In this document: piece after piece, positions 9,270-18,732 of the stretch
Layout: each line of letters begins with the position of its first letter
How positions within the stretch are numbered: position 1 is the first letter of the stretch
Assembly: GCA_965248355.1 (NCBI GenBank)
Contig: OZ252098.1
Span: 3,840,001-3,904,000 of the forward strand
DNA length: 64,000 nucleotides
Origin: Candidatus Latescibacterota bacterium
GTDB taxonomy: Bacteria > Latescibacterota > UBA2968 > UBA8231
Reading direction: 5' to 3'
Notes under the pieces: generated by a model
Seen by the model: the letters and a program-made list of their open reading frames with translations, nothing else
Databases searched by the model: none
Told to the model about the DNA's origin: nothing
Position numbers and translations under genes: made by a program

Positions 9270-10412
9270 TCATCCGGAGTTTGGTCGCACCAGCCGTCCC
9301 GCTCGAATGGTGGCCAGGGGTTCCCAGCAACCCCCCGGGCGCTCGACGTCCCGGCAGTCCTTCAGTCTTCCCTCCTCGTTCCACCTCAGCAGGGCCAGGT
9401 CGGCGCAGGCGCCGGCGGCCAGGGTGCCGGCCTCCCCTTGCAGGCCGAGCAGCTCCGCCGGCCGCGCCGTGGCTCGCGCCAGGACCTCGGTCTCGGGCAT
9501 GCCGGCCGCGATGAACTTCGACATCGTCCGGGGCAGGTCGTGGGGCGGGTCGCTGCCGAGGTGGCGGTTGTACTGATCGGTGGAGACGGTGTCGGGGTAG
9601 AACCCCTCGGCCATGGCCGCTTCCGCGTGGGCGAAGCTGAAGGACTGCATGCCGTGACAGCCGTCGAACAGGACCCCCCGCTCCCTCGCCTCCCGGACCT
9701 CGGGGCGCACCTTGCCGCCGGCGATGATGTTGTCCTCGAGGAAGCAGAAGGTGTAGGTGACGAGGTCGCCGGCCCGCAAGTGGGGCAGCTGCTCCTCCAG
9801 GGGGAAGTCCCTCTGGAACCGCGGCCCGTAGAGGATGGGGCGGCGGCTGCGTTCGGCCGCCTCGAGGCCCCGGCGCATGATCTCTCTCGGGTCGTGGGAG
9901 ATCTCCGGGTTGCCCATGGTGTTGAAGGCGATGCCCCAGATCTCCTCCCCGGTCGAGGCGATGGTGCCGGCGCACAGATCGACGTCGGCGTTCTCCAGGT
10001 GCCCGAAGCAGTGGCCCTCCTGCGACTCGCCGAATTTGGACAGGTGCAGGGCCAATCGCACCCGCGTGCGGCAGGCGCCGATGACTTCCTCGCGGTACGC
10101 GGGCCAGTTGAGGGCCCCGGCGTCTCCCTGGGACATGCAGGTCGTGACCCCGCGCGGCAGGAAGTGCTCGTCAGGGTCGACGCCGTAGCGGGAGCCGCCG
10201 CGCGCCGGATGGGCGTGCATGTCCACGAGGCCGGGCAGCAGCAGGGCGCCGGGGTAGTCCAGGCGCTGCGCTGCCGTGCCCGCGACCGCGGGGCCCGAGG
10301 CGGCGATACGGCCGCCGCGCACGGCGACGGCGCCGGGGCCGTCCAGGCCGGTCTCGGCGCAGAATACGCGGCCGGCCGTGATCAGCAGATCGTATTCGGC
10401 CGCCATGGTCAT
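9270..10412 (-). CDS. Amidohydrolase, dihydroorotase-like / deacetylase family metallohydrolase
   Basis: PGLVDMHAH metal motif, GVTT..SQGDAG, STD, AT.RPA..LG, ADL; ATGA overlap with upstream gene. Confidence 0.85.
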   Translation of the reverse strand: MTMAAEYDLLITAGRVFCAETGLDGPGAVAVRGGRIAASGPAVAGTAAQRLDYPGALLLPGLVDMHAHPARGGSRYGVDPDEHFLPRGVTTCMSQGDAGALNWPAYREEVIGACRTRVRLALHLSKFGESQEGHCFGHLENADVDLCAGTIASTGEEIWGIAFNTMGNPEISHDPREIMRRGLEAAERSRRPILYGPRFQRDFPLEEQLPHLRAGDLVTYTFCFLEDNIIAGGKVRPEVREARERGVLFDGCHGMQSFSFAHAEAAMAEGFYPDTVSTDQYNRHLGSDPPHDLPRTMSKFIAAGMPETEVLARATARPAELLGLQGEAGTLAAGACADLALLRWNEEGRLKDCRDVERPGGCWEPLATIRAGRLVRPNSG

Positions 10413-11353
10413 GGGCCGGGATTCCCAGGCCGGGGGCAGGAGAGGGCGAGGATCGATGCAGGGGCGTGCCAGGCCACACTCCATCCATGGGTGTGGTCGC
10501 CGCTGCGGTACAGCCGGTCCTCGACGGCGGCCCAGGCCGCGCCGCCGGCGTCGAAGGCCACGTGGAAGGTGTCGACGTTGTCGTGCGTGGCCGCCGGAAA
10601 GCCATCGGCCGCGTGCTCCCAGGAGCGCCCGCCGTCGTCGCTGCGGAACAGTTGTCCCGTACCCTCGGCGCGGGGTCCGCGGCTCACCGAGGCCAGCAGA
10701 CAGTCGGGGTCTGCGGGATGGACGGCGATGGCCCGGCCGTAGCGGGACGGCAGGCCGTCGGCGCGGTGGTGCCAGGAGTCGCCCCGGTCCTCGCTGACGA
10801 ACACGGCGTCGGCGGTATTGGCGTAGACCCGCTCGGGGGCCGCGGGGCAGACCGCCACCTGGTGCACGTCCGGGTGCAGGTCGGGCGTCACCGGCGCCCA
10901 GGATCTCCCCGAATCGGCGGAGCGCACGATGCTGCCCACGTGGATGTCGGCGTACACGTCGGCGCCGGAGCCGGCGAGGCTGCGGACCGCCGGCGGTCCT
11001 CCCCAGGGGGTGTACCAGTCGTCGCGGACCTCGAGGCGGTCGAAGGATTCGATCCGTCGCGCCGGCTGGCCGCACTCCAGGCGGTAGATGTGGGCGGGCT
11101 CGGTGCCGATGAGCAGTGTCGGCGGATTTTCCTGCAGGACGTGCAGGCAGTGGATCTCGTCCCCGACGCCGCTGTCGAGGCGGTCGATCCCCTCCGGCCG
11201 GATGACGGCGATCTCGCCGTCCGGCAGCGCCGCCACCCCGCACGACGGGGACGCCTCGATGATCACGGCCGCCGTGTCGAGCACGCGCACCGGTTCCGGC
11301 TTCGGCGCCGATTCGTCGGCGCTGTACAGCCCCTCCTGGGTCAGTATCAGCAT
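10409..11353 (-). CDS. BNR/Asp-box beta-propeller protein (WD40/YVTN-like)
   Basis: Asp boxes SADSGRSW, SEDRGDSW, SDDGGRSW; WYTPWGGPP; GAGGAG upstream of ATG 11353. Confidence 0.8.
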   Translation of the reverse strand: MLILTQEGLYSADESAPKPEPVRVLDTAAVIIEASPSCGVAALPDGEIAVIRPEGIDRLDSGVGDEIHCLHVLQENPPTLLIGTEPAHIYRLECGQPARRIESFDRLEVRDDWYTPWGGPPAVRSLAGSGADVYADIHVGSIVRSADSGRSWAPVTPDLHPDVHQVAVCPAAPERVYANTADAVFVSEDRGDSWHHRADGLPSRYGRAIAVHPADPDCLLASVSRGPRAEGTGQLFRSDDGGRSWEHAADGFPAATHDNVDTFHVAFDAGGAAWAAVEDRLYRSGDHTHGWSVAWHAPASILALSCPRPGNPGP

Positions 11354-11394
11354 CGGTTTCTCCTCGTGGTCGTCGGGCGGCCCGGCGGGGGGCC

Positions 11395-12571
11395 TCAGGC
11401 GGCCCGTTCCTCGAGCCACTCCCTGGTGATTTCCAGTCCGAACCCCGGCGTCTCGCTCGGCACGAGATCGCCGTTCTCGATGACGGCGGTGCCCGGCAGT
11501 CTCACCATCTCGGTCAGCGGCACCCCCGGCGGGGAGACGCCCTCGGAACGCTCGCCCCAGGCGATGGCCGGCATGGCGAAGGAGAGGTGCTGTCCGTACG
11601 GGTAGTTCATGCCGCCGTGGGCAAGCACGCTCTGTCCGTGCCCCTCGGCGAGGTGGCGGATGCGCAAGGCGGCGCTGATGCCGCCCACCCAGCGGATGTC
11701 GGGCTGGAAGATGTCGACCAGTCCCCCGGCCGCGGCAAAGGCGAAGGGAGGGATGGAGTACCAGTGCTCGCCGGTGGCCAGGATCTGGTGGGGGATTCGC
11801 TGCCGCAGCCTGGCGTAGCTGCCCAGATCCTCGGGACGCAGGCAGTCCTCGAACCATTTGATGCGGTACGGTCTCAGGGCCTCGGAGAGGCGCACCACGT
11901 ACTCCACGTCGAAGGACATCCAGGCGTCGACCATCAGCTCGCGTTCGTCGCCGATCAGCTCGCGGGCCCTGGCCACCAACTCCTCGTTGCGGCGCAGCCC
12001 TTCCATGTCGTCGCTCGGCCCGTGCCGGAAGAAGACCTTGATCGCCCTGAATCCGAGCTCGAGGAACCACTCGATGCTGTTCTCGATGCCGTAGTTGTGG
12101 CCGGTGGCGCTGGCGTAGCAGGGGATCGAGGCCTTCTGGGGGCCACCGAGAAGCTCGTAGACCGGCCGCTGCAGCACCTTGCCCTTGATCCCACAGGGCC
12201 ATGTCGACGGCGCTGATGGCGTAGCTGGCGAGGCCGGAGGTGCCGTAGTGGGCGGTGGCCCGCTGCATCACGTCGAAGAGCTTCTCCGTGGCCATGCAGT
12301 TCTGCCCCGTGATCAGCGGGCCGAGGTGGTCGTTTATGACGCTGGCCGCCGGTGGGGAGAGACAGCCGAGGCCGAAGCCCCAGGTCCCGTCCCTGGCGCG
12401 GACCACGCAGGCCAGGTCCTTCCAGCGGCCCTGCCAGTCGGGCAGGAGATCGGGGTAGCGCCGCATGGGACTGACGATGGGGGCCGCGTCCTCCCGCTCG
12501 GGATGACGCGGTCTGGTCGTCGGGTTGGCCCTGGCGTGAATGGGAAAGGCGTGGACCTCGTCGATGATCAT
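11395..12571 (-). pseudogene. L-rhamnonate dehydratase-like enolase-superfamily gene with a frameshift at ~12188
   Basis: N-half (…AISAVDMALWD) is in one frame and C-half (KGKVLQRPVYELLGG…MVDAWM…WFED…TGEH…QPD) in another; junction GAT-C-AAG lacks 2 nt; may be an assembly error. Confidence 0.8.
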
Positions 12572-12708
12572 GGTGATGCCGGGCGCCAAAGAACCGGTCA
12601 GGGACTTCGGCGAGTCAATTGCGCTCGATGGGGGAATCCCTCTGATTCGCCTGATCGACTCCCATCGCCGGCGACCCCCTCCGGGGGCAGGGAGAAAGGA
12701 GCAGGGCG

Positions 12709-13866
12709 TTGCGCATCACCGACATCAAGGTCTACCCCACGTGGGTCGGGCATCGGAACCAGCTGATCGTCAAGGTGGAGACCGACGAGGGAGTGCACGG
12801 CTGGGGAGAGGCCGGAATCTCCGGCCGCGAAATGGCGGTACAGGGCGCGGTGCGGCACTACCGGGAATTCCTGATCGGCCGCGACCCCCGCCAGCCCGGG
12901 GCCTTGTGGCAGGAGATGTACCGCAGTCAGTACTTCGAGGGGGGACGGATCCTGACGGGGGCCATCTCCGCCATCGACATCGCCCTGTACGATGTCACCG
13001 CCAGGTCCCTGGACGTGCCAGTCCATCAGCTGCTCGGAGGCCGGCAGCGCGACTTCGTGCCCTGCTTCGCCACCACCGGCGCCGGCTCCGCGGAGGAGCT
13101 GATCGGCAACGCCCGGCTGCTCCTCGACAAGGGCTGGAGCGTGATCCGCACCGGCATCGCCTCCCGCCCGCCGGGCGCCGAAGGGCAATTCGAGCCGCGG
13201 GAGTCGATCGGGATCACGGCGGAGTGGCTCGCCGCCCTGCGCGCCGAGCTCGGACCGGATCCGGTGATCGGCATCGACTACCACCACCGGCTGACGGTCG
13301 CCGAGGCGGCCTCCTTCTGCCAGCGCATGCCGCCGGGGACCCTCGACTTCCTCGAGGAGCCGATCCGGGACGAGTCGCCGGGGGCCTACGAATCCCTGCG
13401 CACGATGACGGACGTCCCTTTCGCCATCGGCGAGGAATTCTCGAGCAAGTGGCAGTTCCTGCCCTACGTGGAGGGTGGTATCACCCAGTTGGCTCGCCTC
13501 GATGTCTGCAATGTCGGGGGGTTCACCGAGGCCCTGAAGGTCGCCGCCATGTGCGAGGCCCACTACATCGACCTCATGCCCCACAACCCCCTGGGGCCGA
13601 TCTGCACGGCCGCCAGCGTCCACCTGGGGGCGGCGGTGCCGAACTTCTCATGGCTGGAGGCGCGGGTGTCGCCTACGGAAAACCTGGGGTTCGGCGACTC
13701 TGATCTGTTCCCCGTGCAGCTGGAGCTGGAGGGGGACCGGTTCCGGGTGCCGGAGGGGCCGGGCCTGGGGGTGGAGCTGAACGAAGAGGCGGCGGCGGCG
13801 CAGCGCTTCGAGTTCTGGGAAGCGCCCCACCTGAGGCGGCGGGATGGATCCTATACGAACTGGTGA
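12709..13866 (+). CDS. Mandelate racemase/MLE family enolase (galactonate/mannonate dehydratase-like)
   Basis: MRITDIK, VETDEG..GWGE, AISAIDIALYD, DYHHR, FLEEP, GEE, PHNP; TTG start with GGAG RBS. Confidence 0.9.
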   Translation: MRITDIKVYPTWVGHRNQLIVKVETDEGVHGWGEAGISGREMAVQGAVRHYREFLIGRDPRQPGALWQEMYRSQYFEGGRILTGAISAIDIALYDVTARSLDVPVHQLLGGRQRDFVPCFATTGAGSAEELIGNARLLLDKGWSVIRTGIASRPPGAEGQFEPRESIGITAEWLAALRAELGPDPVIGIDYHHRLTVAEAASFCQRMPPGTLDFLEEPIRDESPGAYESLRTMTDVPFAIGEEFSSKWQFLPYVEGGITQLARLDVCNVGGFTEALKVAAMCEAHYIDLMPHNPLGPICTAASVHLGAAVPNFSWLEARVSPTENLGFGDSDLFPVQLELEGDRFRVPEGPGLGVELNEEAAAAQRFEFWEAPHLRRRDGSYTNW

Positions 13867-13887
13867 GCGGGTCCGGTCCCCGGGGCT

Positions 13888-14838
13888 CTAGTTGACGACG
13901 TTCTGCGGATTTCCGTCGAGGAAGGCCCGCACGTTGTCGATCACGGTGTCCAGCAGGCGCTTGCGAGCCGCGCCGGTGGCCCAGGCGTTGTGGGGTGTGA
14001 TGTAGCAGTTCCTCACCCCGTACAGCGGATGCCCGGCGGCCGGAGGCTCCACGGCCATCACGTCCAGCCCGGCGCCGGCGATGCGGCCTTCTTCGAGGGC
14101 CTCCCGGAGAGCGTCCTCGTCCACCAGGGGCCCGCGGCTCGTGTTGATCAGAAAGGCGGTCCGCTTCATCAGCGAGAGCCGCCTTCGATCGACGATTCCC
14201 TCGGTCTGCGGTGTGAGCGGACAATGCAGGGAGATCGCGTCGCAGCGCCGGAAGAGGTCGTCCAGGCCGACGTTCTCCACCCAGGCCAGCGAGGGGTCGG
14301 GCGTGCGAGTGTGGGCCAGGACCTCCATGGAGAAGGCCCTTGCCAGCTCCGCGGTGCGGCGGCCGATGCGGCCCAGGCCGACGACGCCGAACCGGAGTCC
14401 CTCGAGCTCGACGAGAGGGTGGTCCCAGAAGCTGAAGTCCCGGCACTCGGCCCAGCGGTCGGCGTTGACGGCGGCGGCGTGGTCGCCGATGCGCTGGGTG
14501 AGGTTGAGGAGGTGGGCGATGGCGGCCTGGGCCACCGAGGCGGTGCCGTAGGTCGGCACGTTGCACACGGGGATCCGGCGCTCCCGGGCGGCCTCCACGT
14601 CAACGATGTTGAAGCCCGTGGCCAGCACTCCGATGTAGCGCAGCCCGGGAAGCTGGTCGATATGCCTGCGGGAGACGATGGTCTTGTTGGTCAGCAGAAT
14701 CTCGGCTCCGAGGGCCCGCTCCACGACCTGATCTGCGGTCGAGTGCTCGTGAACGGTGACGCCGCCCAGGGCCTCCAGATCGGCCCAGCTGAGGTCGCCG
14801 GGGTTCAGGGTGAAGCCGTCGAGAACGACGATGTTCAT
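13888..14838 (-). CDS. D-2-hydroxyacid dehydrogenase (glycerate dehydrogenase-like)
   Basis: LDG.TLNPGDL, GLGRIG, SLHCPLT, LINTSRG, LDV..VEPP, TPHNAW. Confidence 0.93.
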   Translation of the reverse strand: MNIVVLDGFTLNPGDLSWADLEALGGVTVHEHSTADQVVERALGAEILLTNKTIVSRRHIDQLPGLRYIGVLATGFNIVDVEAARERRIPVCNVPTYGTASVAQAAIAHLLNLTQRIGDHAAAVNADRWAECRDFSFWDHPLVELEGLRFGVVGLGRIGRRTAELARAFSMEVLAHTRTPDPSLAWVENVGLDDLFRRCDAISLHCPLTPQTEGIVDRRRLSLMKRTAFLINTSRGPLVDEDALREALEEGRIAGAGLDVMAVEPPAAGHPLYGVRNCYITPHNAWATGAARKRLLDTVIDNVRAFLDGNPQNVVN

Positions 14839-14990
14839 GGTTTCGATGTGCCGCTGATGTCGCCGGCCGCCGCTACCGGCCGGGTAGAGCCGGCCATCTG
14901 GCCCGGGACGGAGCCCGAGTCAGCCGGAGTGAGACGCGTCCGGGTCAGGGCGCCGGGGCAAGACCTGGCGTGAAGGAGGGTGGGCCGGGT

Positions 14991-15755
14991 TCAGTCCTTG
15001 ATCCGGAAGACGAGGGCGTCGTTGATCGCCTGGGGTGTCCCGGCCTCGGCGATGAACTCCTGAACTTCGGCGGCGTTGGCGATGGCTTTGCTGAAGGACT
15101 CGGCGAAGAGAAAAAAGTCGCCGATGTCGATGACGCCGTTGCCATCGAGATCGTAGACGGGATCGAAGCCCTCAGCGTCCTCCCGCTGGCCGAAGCTGCC
15201 GGTGAGGAGAAAGAAGTCGTCCAGGCCGACCTGATCGCCCTCGTAGCTGAACCAGCCGAAGACCAGATTGCCGTCGACATCGCGGGGCAGGGGGACGGGG
15301 GTGACGGTACGGGCGATGTCTTCTGCCGAGCCGGGCTCGATGCCGAGCATGGCCTCGTTGTCCGAGTCGAAGGCTCGCACGTCGTATACGTACAGCCCGC
15401 CAGCGTCGGTGATGTCCTGGTCGGTGTACTCGGTCACGCCGGGTCCGGTGCTGCCGATCTCCACCGGGGCGTCGCCATCGATGCTTCGGTAGACCCGGTA
15501 TCCATGGACCAGGTTGCGGTACACGTACTGGCCGCCGAAGGTGGACGGGACGGCGCCGTCGTCATCGGACGCGGTCCAGGTCAGGAGGATGCTGTCAGCC
15601 TGGAGGGCGGCGCTGAGATTGGTGGCGGGCGCCGGCTCTATGTCGTCAATGGCGCGGACCTTCCCGTGACTGTCGGCATCCGAGCGAACGGTGCCGAAGC
15701 AAAGGAGGGCGGCGCAGAGGCCGACGGCGACGGTTCCATTCTTGACAGAGAGCAT
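14991..15755 (-). CDS. Secreted protein with FN3-like domain and C-terminal dockerin/EF-hand-like repeats
   Basis: Signal peptide; P.TNL.A…LTWTAS…GYRVYRS…YTD…Y.VRAFD (FN3); DQVGLDDFFLLTGSFG and DLDGNGVIDIGDFFLFAESF; GGAGG RBS. Confidence 0.78.
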   Translation of the reverse strand: MLSVKNGTVAVGLCAALLCFGTVRSDADSHGKVRAIDDIEPAPATNLSAALQADSILLTWTASDDDGAVPSTFGGQYVYRNLVHGYRVYRSIDGDAPVEIGSTGPGVTEYTDQDITDAGGLYVYDVRAFDSDNEAMLGIEPGSAEDIARTVTPVPLPRDVDGNLVFGWFSYEGDQVGLDDFFLLTGSFGQREDAEGFDPVYDLDGNGVIDIGDFFLFAESFSKAIANAAEVQEFIAEAGTPQAINDALVFRIKD

Positions 15756-15806
15756 ATCTTACCTCCCCAGGTTGGTGCGCGGCCTGCAGGTGGCAAGCCG
15801 GGTAGG

Positions 15807-15835
15807 ACCCTAACCGCTCCGGGGGGAGAAGTCAA
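15807..15835 (-). promoter_or_regulatory. Sigma70-type promoter for the FN3/dockerin gene
   Basis: Minus strand TTGACT, 17-bp spacer, TAGGGT. Confidence 0.55.
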
Positions 15836-15893
15836 GAAAAAAGGGCCCCCGGCACTGAGTGGCGCCGAAGACAGGAGTGGGGCATGAGGTCCA

Positions 15894-16503
15894 ATGGCCT
15901 TCGATCCTGGCGCGGAGCGCCAGGCGATCACCTACCGGCAGCTGACGCGGGAGGACTTCCGCGCCGACAAGCCACCGGCCCGGACGCTGGCCCACGCCAG
16001 GGCCCTGGGCGCCGTCCTGTGGGCCAGCATCCGCGCCACGCCGGAGTCCCGTTTCCACACCCGGCGGGACGGCTCCCAGGTGTGGGTGGCCGTCATCGAC
16101 CGCCTGCGGTTCCGGGCCGAGATGGAGCGGGACTGCTCCTGGTGGAATCCGAGTGTCCCGTCACCCGAGGAGGCGCGCCTCCTCGAGCACGAGCAGATGC
16201 ACTTCGCCCTCTTTGAGATCGCCGCTCGCCACCTGAACCAGCGCACCTTCGACCTGGCGGAGCAGGCCGCCCTCGACTAGGTCCGCGAGTTGGAGCTCCA
16301 GGCGTGCAGGAGCAACACGACGCAACGAGCAGTACGACCTCGAAACCTCCTATGGCTCGCGGCGTCATCGGCAACGGGACTGGGTAGAGGTGATTCAGCG
16401 GGAGCTGCTGGAAACCGCCCGATACGCGTCGGTCTCCGACGTCCCCTATCCGCCCGTCGACAGCCGGGACAGCGGGGTCCAACCGCCCGGTGGCTCGCCG
16501 TAG
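15894..16503 (+). pseudogene. Disrupted DUF922-like putative zinc metalloprotease
   Basis: LLEHEQMHF..FEIAAR (HExxH); TAG at 16278; C-terminal motif NEQYDLETSYG…QRDW.E.IQREL resumes in the +1 frame from 16321 to TAG 16501-16503. Confidence 0.65.
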
Positions 16504-16637
16504 CTGCGGAACTCACCGGTGCGCGGCCGTTGAGACGGCGCACCGCGGATCGTGTATCGGACATGGCAGCAGCCTGACGCCGGCGGGCACCTTCCGGGGC
16601 CTTGCGGACGGGCTGCGCCGCGACGGACGGAGAGACC

Positions 16638-17111
16638 ATGAACAGCCTCGTGGAACGTGAACTTCCCTTGCTGGAGCAGACGCTTTCCCTGCGCGGGCAG
16701 CTGCTGGACCTGCTGACCGACGCCGATCTCGGACACGCGCCACCGGGCAATCCCACCCTCGGGGTGCTGTGCCGTGAGGCCGGACGGCTCGACGAGATCT
16801 ACATCGACTCCTTCCGGACCTTCGCCGTCGACTGGACGAAGGAGACCGCACCCCAGGGGGCGGAGACGAGGGTGGCGGTGTTGAGAGCATGGTACGCGAG
16901 TTCGGACGCGGACCTGAAGGCCGCCCTCGGCGCGCTCTCGGAGGCCGAGGTCCAGGAAAAGCAGATCGACCGCCAGAGCTACCACGTACCCGTGGGAGTG
17001 CAGTTCCACATCTACCGCGAGTCGATCCTGATCTTCTGCGGCAAGGCGAGCGTATACCTGCGCTCTCTCGGGAAGGACTTCCCGGATCAGTGGCGCCAGT
17101 GGATCGGTTGA
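16638..17111 (+). CDS. DinB-like four-helix-bundle protein
   Basis: L..LTDADL….GNPTLG.LCRE helical pattern; GGAG RBS; family assignment tentative. Confidence 0.6.
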   Translation: MNSLVERELPLLEQTLSLRGQLLDLLTDADLGHAPPGNPTLGVLCREAGRLDEIYIDSFRTFAVDWTKETAPQGAETRVAVLRAWYASSDADLKAALGALSEAEVQEKQIDRQSYHVPVGVQFHIYRESILIFCGKASVYLRSLGKDFPDQWRQWIG

Positions 17112-17329
17112 CGCCCGTCTTCCAGGGGTCAGCATCGGTGGGGTAGTCGTCCCCCAGGGGATCGACCTCGCCCTGGGGGCGGCGCGAGCGAAGACGAGAC
17201 CGCTCGACGCGGAGGGCCGGGGCCAGCACCCCGGGGCGCCCGGCGCTCCGGGGAAAAGATTTCGCTCGCCCCTCGCATCCGTCTTATCCTTCCCGCCGAC
17301 GCTGTCTCCTGCTCATCCCGGGATGCCCT

Positions 17330-17782
17330 ATGCTCACGGCGTGGATAGTCGCCGGCGCCGTCATGATTCTGCTGGAGTTGTTCCTGCCCGGAATGGTGCT
17401 CGGTTTTCTCGGGTCGAGCGCCCTCATCGTAGCCGCCCTCGTCCGGCTGGGCTGGACCGACACCTGGGTCTCCGCTCTCACCACCTGGTTCATCCTCTCC
17501 CTCGTCCTGCTGCTGAGCCTGCGCGGCCTGTTCCTGCGCTTCGTCGGAGGGAGGTCCGAGCGGCAGTCCACCGACGAGGAGGAGGACGCCTACGGAACGA
17601 TGGTGGACGTGGTGGAGAGGATCGCACCGGACCAGGAGGGACGGATCCACTACCGGGACGCCACCTGGCAGGCCATCTGCTACGACGACGCCATCGAGGC
17701 GGGAGAGAAGGCGATGCTGGCCTTCCGTGAGAACCTCGTGTGGGTCGTCGAGCCCGTCCGGCCGGACGAAGGCGATCGCTAA
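17330..17782 (+). CDS. NfeD-like membrane protein (short, OB-fold type)
   Basis: W…G..LELF.PG, 3 TM helices, G.I.Y.DATWQA; precedes SPFH genes. Confidence 0.88.
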   Translation: MLTAWIVAGAVMILLELFLPGMVLGFLGSSALIVAALVRLGWTDTWVSALTTWFILSLVLLLSLRGLFLRFVGGRSERQSTDEEEDAYGTMVDVVERIAPDQEGRIHYRDATWQAICYDDAIEAGEKAMLAFRENLVWVVEPVRPDEGDR

Positions 17783-17798
17783 CAGAGGGAGTTGAGCC

Positions 17799-18731
17799 AT
17801 GCCCGTTCTGACCTACTTCACGATCTTCGTGCTGATCGCCCTGTTCCTGGTGCTCAAGACCTTTGTCGTCGTGCCCATGCGCGAGGCGGTCATCGTCGAG
17901 CGCCTGGGCAAGTTCCTGGCGGTCCTGCCGCCGGGGTTCCACTTCCTCATACCCTTCTGCGACCGCATCGCCTATCGCCACGAGACGCGCGAGCAGGTGA
18001 TCGATGTCCCCAGCCAGGCCTGCATCACGCGCGACAACATCCAGGTCGAGGTCGACGGCCTGGTGTACCTGCAGGTGCTCGATCCCGAGCGGGCCAGCTA
18101 CGGCATCGAGGACTACCGCCGCGCCAGCATCAACCTGGCGCAGACGACGATGCGAGCCGAGATCGGCAAGCTGACGCTGGGCCAGTCGTTCTACGAGCGG
18201 GAGTCCCTGAACGAGACGATCGTGCAGGAGATCGACAAGGCCTCGAACCCCTGGGGGATCAAGGTGCTGCGCTACGAGCTGCGAAACATCACGCCCTCGT
18301 CCAACGTGGTGAACACCCTGGAGAAACAGATGGAGGCGGAGCGCGAGAAGCGCGCCGAGATCACCCGCGCCTCGGCCGAGAAGGAGTCCACCATCAACCT
18401 CTCCGAGGGCGAGCGCCAGGAGGAGATCAACATCTCCGAGGGGGAGAAGCAGCGCCGGATCAACGTCGCCAAGGGACGGGCCGAGGCCATCTCCATCATC
18501 GCCGAAGCCACCGCCGAGGGCACCGAGCGGATCGCCGGCTCGGTGCAGAAGGAAGGGGGATCGGCGGCGCTGAAGATGCAACTGGTCGAGGAGTACATCG
18601 AAACGCTCAGCGAGATCGCCGCAAAGTCCAGCGTCTCCGTCGTGCCCCTGGAGCTGGCCAGGATCAAGGGCTTCTTCGAGGGGCTGTCCGACGTGGCCGC
18701 CGGCGTGCCGGCGCAGAAGGGGAAGGCCTGA
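17799..18731 (+). CDS. SPFH/band 7 (paraslipin/QmcA-like) protein
   Basis: IVERLGKF, Q.CITRDNIQVEVDG, LAQTT.R.EIG, WGIKV.RYE, QM.AEREKRA. Confidence 0.93.
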   Translation: MPVLTYFTIFVLIALFLVLKTFVVVPMREAVIVERLGKFLAVLPPGFHFLIPFCDRIAYRHETREQVIDVPSQACITRDNIQVEVDGLVYLQVLDPERASYGIEDYRRASINLAQTTMRAEIGKLTLGQSFYERESLNETIVQEIDKASNPWGIKVLRYELRNITPSSNVVNTLEKQMEAEREKRAEITRASAEKESTINLSEGERQEEINISEGEKQRRINVAKGRAEAISIIAEATAEGTERIAGSVQKEGGSAALKMQLVEEYIETLSEIAAKSSVSVVPLELARIKGFFEGLSDVAAGVPAQKGKA

Positions 18732-18732
18732 C

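Noticed and set aside
9151..9270. tRNA-Val as an integration site for an island or prophage
   Set aside because: No integrase nearby, no duplicated tRNA 3' end seen in the window, native terminator intact, no compositional shift
16278..16280. In-frame TAG as pyrrolysine or readthrough
   Set aside because: A frameshift is also needed to reach the conserved tail, and no pyl genes are present in the window
17112..17330. GC-rich hairpins as REP/MITE or ncRNA (also 16510-16545, 29450-29485, 12625-12670)
   Set aside because: No sequence shared between them; such hairpins are common at this GC content
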